Assembly (NCBI GenBank): GCA_963745835.1
Contig: CAVUZH010000014.1
Location: forward strand, 288,001-352,000
Direction of reading: 5' to 3'
Length of the DNA stretch: 64,000 bases
Source: an uncultured delta proteobacterium
GTDB taxonomy: Bacteria; Desulfobacterota; Binatia; UBA9968
Numbering within the stretch: position 1 is the first letter of the stretch; every line of letters begins with the position of its first letter. The notes beneath the pieces are model-generated. The model did not search any database. It saw nothing but the letters and a program-made list of their open reading frames with translations, and was not told the origin of the DNA. Positions 9,465 to 19,979 of the stretch are shown here, piece after piece. Position numbers and translations under genes: made by a program.

Positions 9465-11129
9465 TTAGTCCGGCCCTGTGTCCAGCCCAATCTGATTCTC
9501 AACGGATTTTATGCCTTCGACGCTTTGCGCCGCGCGCTGCGCGGCAAGTCGCTGGCGCGTGGTCGGAACACGCCCCCGGAGATAAACCGTGCCATTCTCT
9601 ACCGACACGCTGATTCCTCTCAAAGCGCGATTGTCGATCGCCCTCTCGACTTGCATCTCCAATGCGCGGTCTGTAACGACCGTCTCATTGCGCGGCAAAC
9701 CAGCCGGTGACGGCGTGGGTGAAGGAAGAGATCTTCTCCCGGGAATTGGCTGCCCAGTATCCGGCGGCTTTCGGCCTGTTGTTGAATTCCGCTGTCGTTC
9801 AATAGGAGCGGGAGGTTCGAAATACTGTTCCTGGGGCTGTTCAGCTATGTTAGGCTTTGGGCTTTCTGTCAAGGCTTGCTGCTCGATTGCGGGAAATTGA
9901 GGCGGCGGAGCTTCAGGAGCGCTTTTTTCCTGCCAGGGATCCGCTGTTGATCTGTCGCTAGGCGCCGTCGGCTGCGCCGGCACGGCATCGTTCGTTTGTG
10001 TAGCGGTAAATCCCTTGAAGCCCTCAGTCAGCGCCGCTAAACCTCCCCACATCTGTTGGGAGTAGAACAAAATGGTCGCAAGCCCTAGGACGATGCCCAG
10101 TGAAAAAAAACCGGTTCCATATCCAGCCAGTTTTTTTTCGCTGCGAAGGTGAGCGGGTTTTTCCTCAAGACCAATCATGAAAAAGTCGGATTCGGGCGAT
10201 GCTGGCGTACGAAAGCCGGGGCGGGCCGAGGTGCGTTTCGAACGAAATCCTTCTAGCTTTTCGATCGAAGCTTTTGGTGAACCCAACATAGGCGGAGGCG
10301 CAACCTCCGGGGCCGATCCTTGCTGGTTAAGACGCAAATCGCGAGCGACCTCATCAATCGTAGCGGCAGATACAGTTTTCTTAGAGGCAGCGAAGCCGAT
10401 CAGCAAAGCGTTATCGCAGATGATATTTATAATCCTGGGGATACCTCTGGAGTGCGCGGCGATTTTCTCTACCGCCGAAGCATGGAACAGGTCTTTACGC
10501 GAGTACCCGACCGCTTTGAGTCTGGCTGAAATGTACTCACCGACCTCATTACTGGGAAGTGGATCGAGCCGGCAACGTAGCGCAACGCGCTGTTTTAGTT
10601 GCCGGAGTTCAGGCTGGTCGAGCTTGCGCTCGAGCTCAGGCTGCCCCATCAAGACAATCTGGAGAAGCTTCTGAGTGTCGGTCTCGAGATTGGAAAGAAG
10701 CCTGACTTCCTCGAGCATTTCAATGCTGAGTTCTTGGGCCTCGTCGATCAAGAGCGTAACAATATTACGCTCTTTTAACTGCTTAATAAGGTATTCATTC
10801 AACTGCGCGATCATCGCCAAGCGATCGTTGGTACGGTTGGTCAACCCGAGATCGCTTAGGATAAGACGCAGCAGCTCTGAGAGACTAACATGCGGGTTAT
10901 AGATATATGCGGTTTGCACGTGTCGGCCAAAGCTCTGCATCAAACGCCTAAGGAGGGTCGTTTTACCGGTCCCAGCTTCTCCCGTAATGACGATAAAACC
11001 TTTGCGCGCCTCGATGCCGTAGCGCAAAGTAGCGAATGCTTCCTGATAAAGCTCGTTGGTATAATTAAACCGCGGATCCGGTGTGAGGCTAAATGGGGCT
11101 TCGGTGAAGCCAAAATATTCGTTATACAT
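9465..11129 (-). CDS. ExeA/GspA-family AAA ATPase with TM helix and C-terminal BON domain
   Basis: FGFTEAPFSLTPDP, GEAGTGKTT, LLIDEAQ, GQPEL, GIPRIIN; BON: ISVSVENGTVYLRGRV...VEGIKSVENQI. Confidence 0.9.
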   Translation of the reverse strand: MYNEYFGFTEAPFSLTPDPRFNYTNELYQEAFATLRYGIEARKGFIVITGEAGTGKTTLLRRLMQSFGRHVQTAYIYNPHVSLSELLRLILSDLGLTNRTNDRLAMIAQLNEYLIKQLKERNIVTLLIDEAQELSIEMLEEVRLLSNLETDTQKLLQIVLMGQPELERKLDQPELRQLKQRVALRCRLDPLPSNEVGEYISARLKAVGYSRKDLFHASAVEKIAAHSRGIPRIINIICDNALLIGFAASKKTVSAATIDEVARDLRLNQQGSAPEVAPPPMLGSPKASIEKLEGFRSKRTSARPGFRTPASPESDFFMIGLEEKPAHLRSEKKLAGYGTGFFSLGIVLGLATILFYSQQMWGGLAALTEGFKGFTATQTNDAVPAQPTAPSDRSTADPWQEKSAPEAPPPQFPAIEQQALTESPKPNIAEQPQEQYFEPPAPIERQRNSTTGRKPPDTGQPIPGRRSLPSPTPSPAGLPRNETVVTDRALEMQVERAIDNRALRGISVSVENGTVYLRGRVPTTRQRLAAQRAAQSVEGIKSVENQIGLDTGPD

Positions 11130-11502
11130 AAACCACTGCCATGTTTAGACTAACAAGCCTAACCCGCCGGGCAACCCACCACAAGCACGGTCCCCAGAAC
11201 AGCTTAGCAGTATAAGCTATCGGCTTTTGTATCATATCAAAACGGCCTCAGGTTAGTTTTATTCTTAAAACTTAGCCTGATAATCAATGGGCGCCACCGC
11301 TGGCATAATCGGGATCGCAGTCTAAGCAATCTGCCTGAGAATTAGACGCAGCCGACAACAATCAGTGGTATTGGTGAGCCACAACTTTTTCGACTTTGCG
11401 GGCCGCGTAGAATGTTCACGAGAAAAAGCGATCGCTTATTGCATTGGGGAGTCAGCGGATCATTATTGGCACGGCATCATGCAACAACTTAGTTTTACGA
11501 TT

Positions 11503-13968
11503 TCACTGGAGCTCGCCCAATCCCCACTGGCTCGCAAAATTGGGATCACGAACATGCCAGACCTGTCGGTGAAGAAGCATCATGCTTTCTGAATCTCGCA
11601 GCAGATGCGTTCTATTGGACCGGCTGAGAGCCGCCGGCCCGTCCCTCAGAGCGAAATCACGCAGATTTCGATTTCGCTCGATGGTTTCCCTTGCCTTGGG
11701 TTTTTTGCCGCGCAACAGGCCAACGTGGACGGCATTGGCGTAGGGATCAACCACCGCCTGAACAAAGCTATCCATCTGCTGGTTCTCTCGCCGTTTTTCT
11801 AGATACGTCTGAAGATATTTTAAAACCCGCGGCGAATTAATTTCCTCCGGGATCAGAAAGAGCCGCCAGCGGCGCATCAGCCGCCCCACGGAAAGACGGC
11901 TGGAGTAGACTGATAACGGTACTGCGAAGAGCAGCGAGATACCGACCGGCAAGAGCCAGACCGAAACTGCTGGATTTAGCCAGTACATACCGAATACCCA
12001 GCTAAACGCCAATAGCGTTGCGAGACCATGTAGTCGAGACGCGTCGCGCCAGCGGGTTTCATTATCGGTGCGAAATTGCGGCCCCCATTTTATCTGTCTG
12101 CCCATCAGAGTCACGACAACGAATTGGCTGTGAAACCACATTCGGATGGGTGCGAGTAAAGTGGACACCATAATCTCTAGACATACGCTGATACACAACG
12201 GCAGAAGGCCGCCAAACAGATGCGTCTGGCGATCTTTGACAATCACCAGGAGACTCAAAAGCTTAGGTAGAAACAGTAGTACGGCAGTGGTCGTCAGCAA
12301 GGCTACCGCCCAATCGGGATTCCAACGCGGCCAAAGCGGAAATAGGCTGGGTTCACTTGAAAAGTAGACCAGAGGCAGAACCGTCTGGGCCGCAAGCTCT
12401 ACCGTATTGAGGATCAAAAACACAAACCAGAGCAAAGCCGAAGCATAAGCCATGACGCCCATTGCCAGAATGGCGCGGTGCCCGCCGCGGATCCCATCCG
12501 CCAGCAGTAAGCGCAAGTGTTGCAGATTGCCTTGACACCAGCGCCGATCGCGCTTGAGTTCGTCGGCAAGCGTCGGCGGCGACTCCTCATAACTGCCGCC
12601 TAGATCATAAACCACCCAAACTTCCCAACCGGCCCGGCCCATTAGCGCAGCCTCGACAAAATCATGACTGAGAATTTCTCCGCCTAGTGGAGCGTGACCC
12701 GGCAGACGAGAAAGGCCGCAATGTTTGATGAATGGCGCCGTGCGAATAATGGCATTATGGCCCCAATAATAACCCTCACCCAGTTGCCAAAAACGCTGGC
12801 CTGCCGTGAGCATGGGGCCATACGCCCGGCTCGCGAACTGCTGCAATCGTCCAAAGAGGGAATCACAGTTAACCGTGGTCGGAGCCGTTTGAATGATTCC
12901 TGCTTGAGGGTACTGCTCCATCATTTGAGCCAGCCGGACAACTGTTTCGCCGGCCATGATGCTGTCGGCGTCGAAGACGATCATGTGATCATAGTTTCGT
13001 CCCCAGCGGCGCAGGAATTCGGCGATGTTGCCGCTCTTACGCTTAACGTTATTGCGCCTGTGCCGATAAAAAATTCTGCCAAAGCCCTGCACCGAGGCGC
13101 AGAGTTGTGCCCACGCGATCTCCTCTTCGGCTTGCCTGACCGAATCACCGGTATCGCTCAGCACAAAAAAATCAAAACTTGCAAATTGCCTTGTCTCGGC
13201 AAGTGAGCGATAACTCGCCTCCAGACCGGCAAATACACGCGTGACATCTTCGTTGCAGATGGGCATGAGCACGGCAGTGCGCGAGCGCAAAGGTTGCCGC
13301 TCGTCGATCGGCAAATCAGCGCGGGTAAATTCGTTTTTGCGCGTCCAGAGCATCCAGAATCCGGCCACTGCGCTCCAAAAGCCCAGCGAAATCCACGAAA
13401 ACAGGATCGCGAAGAGCACCAAAATAGCGATCTCAGATGCCTTGAGCCATGGGTACGGAAAGGTATGGCTTAGAGACCAGGTGGCAATCGCTGTCTGTAT
13501 TATGATCAAAGCAATCAACACCATACGCCGAGATGCAGCGGCGGCGCGCCACCCTACCATAGTTCCTTCGGTAGACGCTGAGCCAGTCCTCTCCCGATCA
13601 TCGTTGCTGGTTGTGCCGCGCAGCCTGCGCCACAGAGTCACCAGCGGATTGCGTTCTACCCGATTCGGTAACATCGACAAGCGCTTGATCTCGGGCATCG
13701 CCAGGGCATGAATATTCCGCCGAAGCGCGTTCAAATCGGTTAGAGTGACGCCGCGGTCGCGTCCATCTTTAGCCCATCTGTGATGGAACCGTCTTCGCCT
13801 GTTCAGCTCGCGTATTCCCCCACGCGAATCGTGCTCCTTTTGCCTGCTGATAACCCCGTCGCCGTTTGCCGCGATGTTTACTTCGCGAATCCCATTCGCC
13901 GGCGCGGCAATCTCAGACAATGATTCGTTCGCCGTTGAAAAACTGGGCTGATAAATATTCTTGCTCAT
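11503..13968 (-). CDS. mdoH: Osmoregulated periplasmic glucan glucosyltransferase OpgH/MdoH
   Basis: MPICNED, RKSGNIAEF, DADSIM, YWGHNAIIR, LSHDFVEA, RDRRWCQGNLQH; ATG overlaps mdoG stop (ATGA). Confidence 0.95.
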   Translation of the reverse strand: MSKNIYQPSFSTANESLSEIAAPANGIREVNIAANGDGVISRQKEHDSRGGIRELNRRRRFHHRWAKDGRDRGVTLTDLNALRRNIHALAMPEIKRLSMLPNRVERNPLVTLWRRLRGTTSNDDRERTGSASTEGTMVGWRAAAASRRMVLIALIIIQTAIATWSLSHTFPYPWLKASEIAILVLFAILFSWISLGFWSAVAGFWMLWTRKNEFTRADLPIDERQPLRSRTAVLMPICNEDVTRVFAGLEASYRSLAETRQFASFDFFVLSDTGDSVRQAEEEIAWAQLCASVQGFGRIFYRHRRNNVKRKSGNIAEFLRRWGRNYDHMIVFDADSIMAGETVVRLAQMMEQYPQAGIIQTAPTTVNCDSLFGRLQQFASRAYGPMLTAGQRFWQLGEGYYWGHNAIIRTAPFIKHCGLSRLPGHAPLGGEILSHDFVEAALMGRAGWEVWVVYDLGGSYEESPPTLADELKRDRRWCQGNLQHLRLLLADGIRGGHRAILAMGVMAYASALLWFVFLILNTVELAAQTVLPLVYFSSEPSLFPLWPRWNPDWAVALLTTTAVLLFLPKLLSLLVIVKDRQTHLFGGLLPLCISVCLEIMVSTLLAPIRMWFHSQFVVVTLMGRQIKWGPQFRTDNETRWRDASRLHGLATLLAFSWVFGMYWLNPAVSVWLLPVGISLLFAVPLSVYSSRLSVGRLMRRWRLFLIPEEINSPRVLKYLQTYLEKRRENQQMDSFVQAVVDPYANAVHVGLLRGKKPKARETIERNRNLRDFALRDGPAALSRSNRTHLLRDSESMMLLHRQVWHVRDPNFASQWGLGELQ

Positions 13969-15494
13969 GGCTCTAACAAATAGCTCCAAGTCTCGGTAAG
14001 CGTGTCATTTTCGTTCCGTAGAAATGCCCGGAGCTGTAGCGCTTTGTCCTTAGGCGGCTTAACCTGAAAGGCAGCGCGCCAGCCGCCGGTGATCGGATTT
14101 CTGACAGTACTCTGCTGAACTAATTGAGCATCGGCGCCAACGGTGAGCACCGCCTTTACCGGAGCAGTGTCCGGCAAACTTTTTAGCTTAGCACCTTCAA
14201 AATCCAAGATGATCCTTTTTAGATCATCTTTATCTCCGACTCCGACACGGGTGGCCGTTACTCGGCCCGACGCCGCATCGAGGGGTTCTTCGGTTTGGAA
14301 GTTAATCCGGTACGCAAGATCCAGCGGTTGACCCACTGCCGGCATGCTCCGTGGAACCCAGTAAGCTACGATGTTGTCGTTAGTCTCTTTCTGGCTTGGG
14401 ATTTCCACAAGCTTTATTTGCCCTTTGGGCCAGGTGCCTTTAGGAGTGATCCAGGCGTTGGGGCGCATCTCATGACGCGTTTCCAAATCTTCGTAGTTCG
14501 AATAACTGCGATCTCTTTGCAGCAGGCCAAAGCCTCGCAGGTTGTCGACATCGAAATAGCTGACCTGTAGTCTCATCGGATTGATGAGTGGCCGCCAAAT
14601 CCATTCTCCGCCAGCCGAAACCATCATGAGTCCATCGGAATCATGCACCTCTGGCCGCCAGTCGTTGTTCGGACGCGGCTTCTCCTCACCGTACAAAAAC
14701 ATACTGGTGAGAGGCGCAACTCCCAACTCTTTGACCCTCTTTCTTTCGAACAGCCGAGCTTTCACATCGACCGCGGTCCGATCTCCCGGGCGAACGACAA
14801 ACTCGTAGGCGCCGGTTAAGCTTTGACTATCGAGCAAAGCTAAAACTTTAACTGCGCGCGCCTGCGGTGTCGGTCGCTCGAGCCAGAATTCTCTAAACGT
14901 CGGAAATTCCTCACCCGTCGACAAGGCGGTGTCAATGGCCAGCCCGCGCGACGAAAGACCGAACACCTGCTTCTTCGCCACCGCGCGAAAATAACTGGCG
15001 CCGGCGAAGACTATGACGTGATTGTATTCGTTCCTTTTATAAAGCGGGTAAGCGATGCGGAATCCGGCGAAGCCGAGTTCAGGCGGGATCTTCTCGGCAA
15101 ACTTATTCTTCCCATAAGTGAATTGTTTCGGCGAGAAAGCGACTTTGCGGACGCCCTGCGAATCAAATGTATTCACCGTAACACTATGGGTGTAAAAAAG
15201 TCCGGGATGTATAAACTGTACTTGGAAGTTGCCACTGTCCTTCCACAGGCTTTGCGCAGTATCGAAACGAATGTCGCGATATTCGTCGTAACTTATTTGC
15301 TTGAGAAAATCCGGTACCGGCGGGGGTGGCTTGAAGGGCTCCGCGGCGAGCTTACGCGCGGTCTCGGCTACCTGCTCAAATTCGAATACACCGTTAGCAG
15401 CGGCTAAGGAGCAATTCAACAGAAAAGCCAGCGATATAAAAAGACTGCAGCACAGGATCTGACGTCGGTGACGAAACGAACGTGGCGGCATCAT
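13965..15494 (-). CDS. mdoG: Periplasmic glucan biosynthesis protein OpgG/MdoG
   Basis: YDEYRDIRF, GASYFRA, GLSSRGLAIDT, RPEVHDSDGL, NDNIVAYW, ETWSY. Confidence 0.95.
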   Translation of the reverse strand: MMPPRSFRHRRQILCCSLFISLAFLLNCSLAAANGVFEFEQVAETARKLAAEPFKPPPPVPDFLKQISYDEYRDIRFDTAQSLWKDSGNFQVQFIHPGLFYTHSVTVNTFDSQGVRKVAFSPKQFTYGKNKFAEKIPPELGFAGFRIAYPLYKRNEYNHVIVFAGASYFRAVAKKQVFGLSSRGLAIDTALSTGEEFPTFREFWLERPTPQARAVKVLALLDSQSLTGAYEFVVRPGDRTAVDVKARLFERKRVKELGVAPLTSMFLYGEEKPRPNNDWRPEVHDSDGLMMVSAGGEWIWRPLINPMRLQVSYFDVDNLRGFGLLQRDRSYSNYEDLETRHEMRPNAWITPKGTWPKGQIKLVEIPSQKETNDNIVAYWVPRSMPAVGQPLDLAYRINFQTEEPLDAASGRVTATRVGVGDKDDLKRIILDFEGAKLKSLPDTAPVKAVLTVGADAQLVQQSTVRNPITGGWRAAFQVKPPKDKALQLRAFLRNENDTLTETWSYLLEP

Positions 15495-15688
15495 CTTGGT
15501 TCTATATACACTCCATCGGCTGCGTGGCAGGCATAAACGCCAGCGCGCCCATCTGACAGTCGATCTAAGACAGCGATTTAGATTGGGAAAAAGTTTTGGT
15601 CTGTAGGCTTCCCTACCGCTTCAAAGGCAGAACCCCAGCTCAGAGCCGCCAGCGCAGCATCACAAGCTCTCGGCACCCCAAAGTTTCC

Positions 15689-16120
15689 TCACGATGCAAG
15701 CCGGATGAGATCAGCATACTGCTCGCCGCGGTCATTCTTTATTACCTTGATCAAAATAAGGTCGCCGTAGCGTAAATCATCGACCGGCATCTCGCGCTCG
15801 CGATTATAGACGACGGTCGCGGGATCGTATTTGATGACCGTCATGCGGCCCTCGGTTGTACGGAGTTGGATTTCGCGGCGATTCTGATCAACCTTTTGCA
15901 CGGTCCCTGTCATTTCGTCGGCGGCTCGCGGCCGCGCGATCTCAGGATGGCTTTCCGGCCGGCGGTCTAACTCCCGACGATCCAAGTCCCGGCGGCTAAC
16001 ATCGCCGGGATCATCGATCGCACGCCGTGGTAAAAGCGCGATGCTCTCGCATCCAGCCGACGTCAACACAAACATCAGCGGCACAACTGCTATTACCTTT
16101 GCTCTAAACTTCTGCTTCAT
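15689..16120 (-). CDS. Hypothetical lipoprotein (small beta-barrel/OB-like C-terminus)
   Basis: SAGC lipobox; GTVQKVD..REIQLRT...DDLRYGDLI; start placed downstream of the sigma54 motif. Confidence 0.7.
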   Translation of the reverse strand: MKQKFRAKVIAVVPLMFVLTSAGCESIALLPRRAIDDPGDVSRRDLDRRELDRRPESHPEIARPRAADEMTGTVQKVDQNRREIQLRTTEGRMTVIKYDPATVVYNREREMPVDDLRYGDLILIKVIKNDRGEQYADLIRLAS

Positions 16121-16144
16121 ATCGATATCCCCGACGATCAGTCG

Positions 16145-16160
16145 AGCAATTAGAATGCCA
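16145..16160 (-). promoter_or_regulatory. sigma54 (-24/-12) promoter motif
   Basis: TGGCATTCTAATTGCT (GG-N10-GC), about 25 nt before ATG 16120. Confidence 0.7.
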
Positions 16161-16409
16161 GCATCAGACATCGCAATTTGCGGCGCTTGTGTATGTCGCC
16201 TGAAACAGCGCGCCAGTTGGCAGCAGCAACTTGACCCAAAGCTGAGACACTAAGTTGATTGACTGCCGCGAAAACAGCCGGACTGTGAATGGTAGCGAGC
16301 CTCCACCTGAAGACAAATCCAGTCACTACTAAATTAACGCTGAGTAGTTTGCGCAGACGAATCCACGCTCCCTAGTTTAGATATTTAAAATTGGAACTCA
16401 GGCGGGGCT

Positions 16410-16679
16410 TTAATCAATCTTTTGCAGCTCTTTCTCTTCGAGGATTTGAGTGGAATCGTCGGCAAGCTTAACTTCGTACAGCGTTATACCTCGCGGATGG
16501 ATATCGCCGGCAACATGCTTCGGGAACTCGCCAATGTAAACGCCGTCGCTGACTTTGCCGCGCAACGAGTTTTGCCCTTTCAGTACAACTGCATCGCCTT
16601 TTCTCAATTGAAACATAAATGCAAAACTCTCGTCGAGTCGCGGATCATCGATCTTAATCGTTTCCATGTAAGTTATCAT
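16410..16679 (-). CDS. Small hypothetical protein, possible SH3/KOW-like fold
   Basis: LRKGDAVVL..GKV...LYEVKL...EEKEL pattern. Confidence 0.6.
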   Translation of the reverse strand: MITYMETIKIDDPRLDESFAFMFQLRKGDAVVLKGQNSLRGKVSDGVYIGEFPKHVAGDIHPRGITLYEVKLADDSTQILEEKELQKID

Positions 16680-16753
16680 CGCTGGTTTTTACCTTTTTTC
16701 AAGATGTGCAAATGCAGATCGATCGAGCTCACCGTGTGCAGCACGCAGGCAAG

Positions 16754-16769
16754 TGGCATATAGATTGCG
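16754..16769 (+). promoter_or_regulatory. sigma54 promoter motif
   Basis: TGGCATATAGATTGCG upstream of SDR gene. Confidence 0.65.
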
Positions 16770-16890
16770 TTTTTTGAATGGTTTCCCGAGTCCTGCGCAT
16801 AATTAAGCAGGTGATGTCTGTGCAACGATTGCGGAATGTTAGTTTCGCGTCCGATCCATACTGTTATCGGTCGTCGTCATGGAGGAGATC

Positions 16891-18000
16891 ATGAGAGTCA
16901 CTTCGCAGAACAGGCTCCCGCTACCATTGAGAATTGCCGCAGTCGGAGTCGCCGCAGCCGGTTTCTCCTACGCTTTGGGCCGCTACCGTAGAATCGATTT
17001 CTCCCGGAAGACTGTGCTGATCTCGGGAGCATCACGCGGGCTTGGTTTAGAACTGGCTCGCCGTTTTGCAGCGCAACGCGCCAACGTCGTGTTACTGGCC
17101 CGCGATCAGGGCCGGCTAACAGAAGCCGCTCAAGAACTCAGAAGATACGGCGTTGACATATCGACCCGACAGTGTGATGTGACGCAAGCCGATGAAGCGC
17201 GGCGCGCCATTACGTCCGTCATCGATGAGTTCAAAACAATCGATGTACTGGTTAATAACGCCGGTATCATCCAGGTCGGGCCTGCGGAAAACATGAACCG
17301 AGACGATTACGCCGACGCGTTGGCAGTGCATTTCTGGGCTCCGCTCAACCTGACAACTGAAGTGCTTCCGTATATGAAGGGGCAAGGCAGTGGCCGCATC
17401 GTCAATATTACCTCAATCGGCGGCAAGGTCGCGGTGCCTCATCTGGCGCCTTATGTCGCCAGTAAATTCGCTTTTGTCGGCTTCTCCGAGGCGATGCGGG
17501 TAGAGCTGATAAAAGACGGCATTTACGTGACCACAGTGGTTCCTGGTTTGATGCGCACCGGCTCTCACATCAACGCGTTTTTTAAGGGGCAGCATCAAAA
17601 AGAGTTCGCACTCTTCAGTATCGCCAACGCGTCACCGTTGTTCTCTACAGCTTCGGAACGAGCGGCCCGGCAGATCGTGGAAGCGTGCCGGTACGGCAAA
17701 GCCGAATTGATTATTACGCCTCAGGCGCGCCTTCTTCATCTCGCCAATTCTTTATTCCCAAACATTACCGCGGAAGTTCTAGGATTGATTTCACGAGGCC
17801 TGCCAAGCACCCGGCCCGGCGAAGGCAACGCTTTGAAACGGGGCTGGCAAAGCCACTCTTTTATGGCACCATCAGTACTTACCCGCACGGCCGATCGGGT
17901 CATCCGCCGCAACCAAGAAGAGCCGCGCTCTGCATCGCATACGAATGCGTCAAACGGATTTCTCAAAGTCTCCGGGCCAGAACGCGACAGAAGCGGCTAG
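16891..18000 (+). CDS. Short-chain dehydrogenase/reductase
   Basis: SGASRGLG, NNAG, YVASK; GGAGG RBS. Confidence 0.92.
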   Translation: MRVTSQNRLPLPLRIAAVGVAAAGFSYALGRYRRIDFSRKTVLISGASRGLGLELARRFAAQRANVVLLARDQGRLTEAAQELRRYGVDISTRQCDVTQADEARRAITSVIDEFKTIDVLVNNAGIIQVGPAENMNRDDYADALAVHFWAPLNLTTEVLPYMKGQGSGRIVNITSIGGKVAVPHLAPYVASKFAFVGFSEAMRVELIKDGIYVTTVVPGLMRTGSHINAFFKGQHQKEFALFSIANASPLFSTASERAARQIVEACRYGKAELIITPQARLLHLANSLFPNITAEVLGLISRGLPSTRPGEGNALKRGWQSHSFMAPSVLTRTADRVIRRNQEEPRSASHTNASNGFLKVSGPERDRSG

Positions 18001-18119
18001 GATCGGATGTATCTCGGGAGAAACTTTATTAAGAACTGCGCGATCACCTGCAACAAAGGAGTCATGCCCCCATGAAGTAAAAACTCCCACGGACCAGGCG
18101 GCTATGACGGCTTTGAACG

Positions 18120-18371
18120 ATGAGGCTGGAGAATAAATCTAAGAAGCCAAAAGCAGAGAAGACACCTCTATGCGCCTGCACTCACGCCACCCATTTTCTC
18201 AGCCGGTGCCGCAAGCGGGTAAAACCCCCGGCGAAACAATGCACGGAGTGCCTGCAGGATCATAGCCGTTACCCGGGCCCCTCCTTGATCCAGCTAAAAA
18301 CAATCTCGCAACGCCTGCCGAGCGGCAAAGTAACCGCACATTCCGTGCACGCCGCCGCCGGGTGGGGTTGA
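18120..18371 (+). CDS. Cys/His microprotein A (CxCxHxxH-x4-C-x10-CxxC-x3-H)
   Basis: CACTHATHFLSRC-RKRVKPPAKQ-CTEC-LQDH; same spacing as 19813..19977; 3' end overlaps the convergent gene. Confidence 0.6.
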   Translation: MRLENKSKKPKAEKTPLCACTHATHFLSRCRKRVKPPAKQCTECLQDHSRYPGPSLIQLKTISQRLPSGKVTAHSVHAAAGWG

Positions 18372-19715
18372 TGCCGAGCAGAGATAGAGTCCGCGTGCTG
18401 AAGTCGAATACAGCTTCAAGGTGGGCCGTAAAAACAATTGACCTAGAGTGGGGGCGCCCCCGTTAATGTCGCCACCGATCAAGTTAGGGTTGCGCCGTTC
18501 TAGATCGGCGGGCGCAGCAACGCTGCGCGCAAGAACGGTATCGCGAAACCCCGGCGCGAAGCGCTCAATCTGAGCTTCGATGCGCGCGGTCATATCGAAT
18601 GCGGATCCGTTTGGCACGTGACAATACGTCCATAGAGTATGCTTTGATTCCGGCGCCCGCGATGAATCGAACAACGACGGTTGTACCGCCAAGACAAACG
18701 GATGCGCTGTGTGATCGCCTCGCCAAGCGGCGCGCTCCGAAACTGCTATCTCCTGCAATGTGCCGCCCAGATGAACCGTTGCCGCCCGCGCGCACGCCTG
18801 CGCTTTCCAAGGAACCGGGGCGGAAAGCGCCCAGTCGATTTTAAAAGCACCCATGCCGTAACGATAACGCTCAAGCCTTCGTCGATAGCTCGGCGATAGT
18901 CGATTCCCGGCAAGTCCCAGCAGTTGCTTTGGCGTCATGTCGAATAAAATTACTCTGCAGGAGGGAAGTTCATCCAGCGTTTGCACCGGCGTGTTGGTGT
19001 AGATCTCGCCGCCTTTCGATCGGAGATACAGAACCAGCGCGTCAGCCAGCGCTTGTGCCCCTCGCCGCGCTATGGGCCAGCCGAGCGCATGTGCCGTCGT
19101 CCCCAGCACCAGGCCGAAGGCCGCCGAACCCCACGCTTCTAGCGGCAACATCGAATGCGCAGACAGACCAGCGAGGAGCGCTCTGGCCCGCTGCGCCTCA
19201 AACCAGCTCTCGGCAAAGCTCCGCGCCGGGCGGATTGCTAAGAGGCCGAATCGGGTCATGGCTAGGGGCCTATTTGGCCATCTGAGCGGCGCGAGCAGAT
19301 CGGCGTCGAGGCCGTGCCATGACTCGATCATCGGACGCATCAACCGCTGATAAGCATCCCCATCTCCACCGAGTCCGGCGGCTGTGTCGTGCAACGATCT
19401 TTCAAGCATGACAGCCGAGCCATCGTCGAGAGGATGGGCGAGCGGCGCCGGCGGCTGTACCCATTCCAGGCCGTATTGAACCAGAGGCAATGAACGAAAC
19501 AGCGGTGAGCCGATTGCCAATGGATAAACTGCCGAGCAGACGTCATGGACAAATCCGGGCAAGGTTAATTCTTCCGAACGCATTCCGCCGCCGATCTTGT
19601 CTGCCGCTTCGTACACAGCCACCGATTTACCGCTATCGATCATTGTAATCGCGGCGGCAAGCCCATTTGGGCCGGAGCCTACAACGACGGCATCGTATCG
19701 CTGCGATTGAGCCAT
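18294..19715 (-). CDS. Phytoene desaturase-like FAD-dependent oxidoreductase (COG1233)
   Basis: VGSGPNGL, GFVHDVCSAVYP, GGDINGG, STPPGGGVHGMCG. Confidence 0.9.
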   Translation of the reverse strand: MAQSQRYDAVVVGSGPNGLAAAITMIDSGKSVAVYEAADKIGGGMRSEELTLPGFVHDVCSAVYPLAIGSPLFRSLPLVQYGLEWVQPPAPLAHPLDDGSAVMLERSLHDTAAGLGGDGDAYQRLMRPMIESWHGLDADLLAPLRWPNRPLAMTRFGLLAIRPARSFAESWFEAQRARALLAGLSAHSMLPLEAWGSAAFGLVLGTTAHALGWPIARRGAQALADALVLYLRSKGGEIYTNTPVQTLDELPSCRVILFDMTPKQLLGLAGNRLSPSYRRRLERYRYGMGAFKIDWALSAPVPWKAQACARAATVHLGGTLQEIAVSERAAWRGDHTAHPFVLAVQPSLFDSSRAPESKHTLWTYCHVPNGSAFDMTARIEAQIERFAPGFRDTVLARSVAAPADLERRNPNLIGGDINGGAPTLGQLFLRPTLKLYSTSARGLYLCSASTPPGGGVHGMCGYFAARQALRDCF

Positions 19716-19812
19716 TCAGCTCCGGTGCAGTTCAGCAGGATTAACCGACGGTTGAGAATTCCAGTTGGAGGAATTTTGACGCGTTACATGCGGCGAGGAT
19801 GCAGTGGGGATT

Positions 19813-19977
19813 CTATGGCACGATTGCAGAAGCGATATGATCTTTGCACGCCGGGCATTTCTCTTCTCCGGCGTGCATAAAATTTCCACAACCCTTTGGG
19901 CCATGTGTCGGGTGATCACAAGGGCAAGCCGTTTTGAGTTGATCGGCAGCATCTTTGCCTGTCGGATCGTATTCCAT
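19813..19977 (-). CDS. Cys/His microprotein B, 54 aa (not in ORF track)
   Basis: MEYDPTGKDAADQLKTACPCDHPTHGPKGCGNFMHAGEEKCPACKDHIASAIVP*; ATG 2 nt after the upstream stop. Confidence 0.7.
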   Translation of the reverse strand: MEYDPTGKDAADQLKTACPCDHPTHGPKGCGNFMHAGEEKCPACKDHIASAIVP

Positions 19978-19979
19978 TG

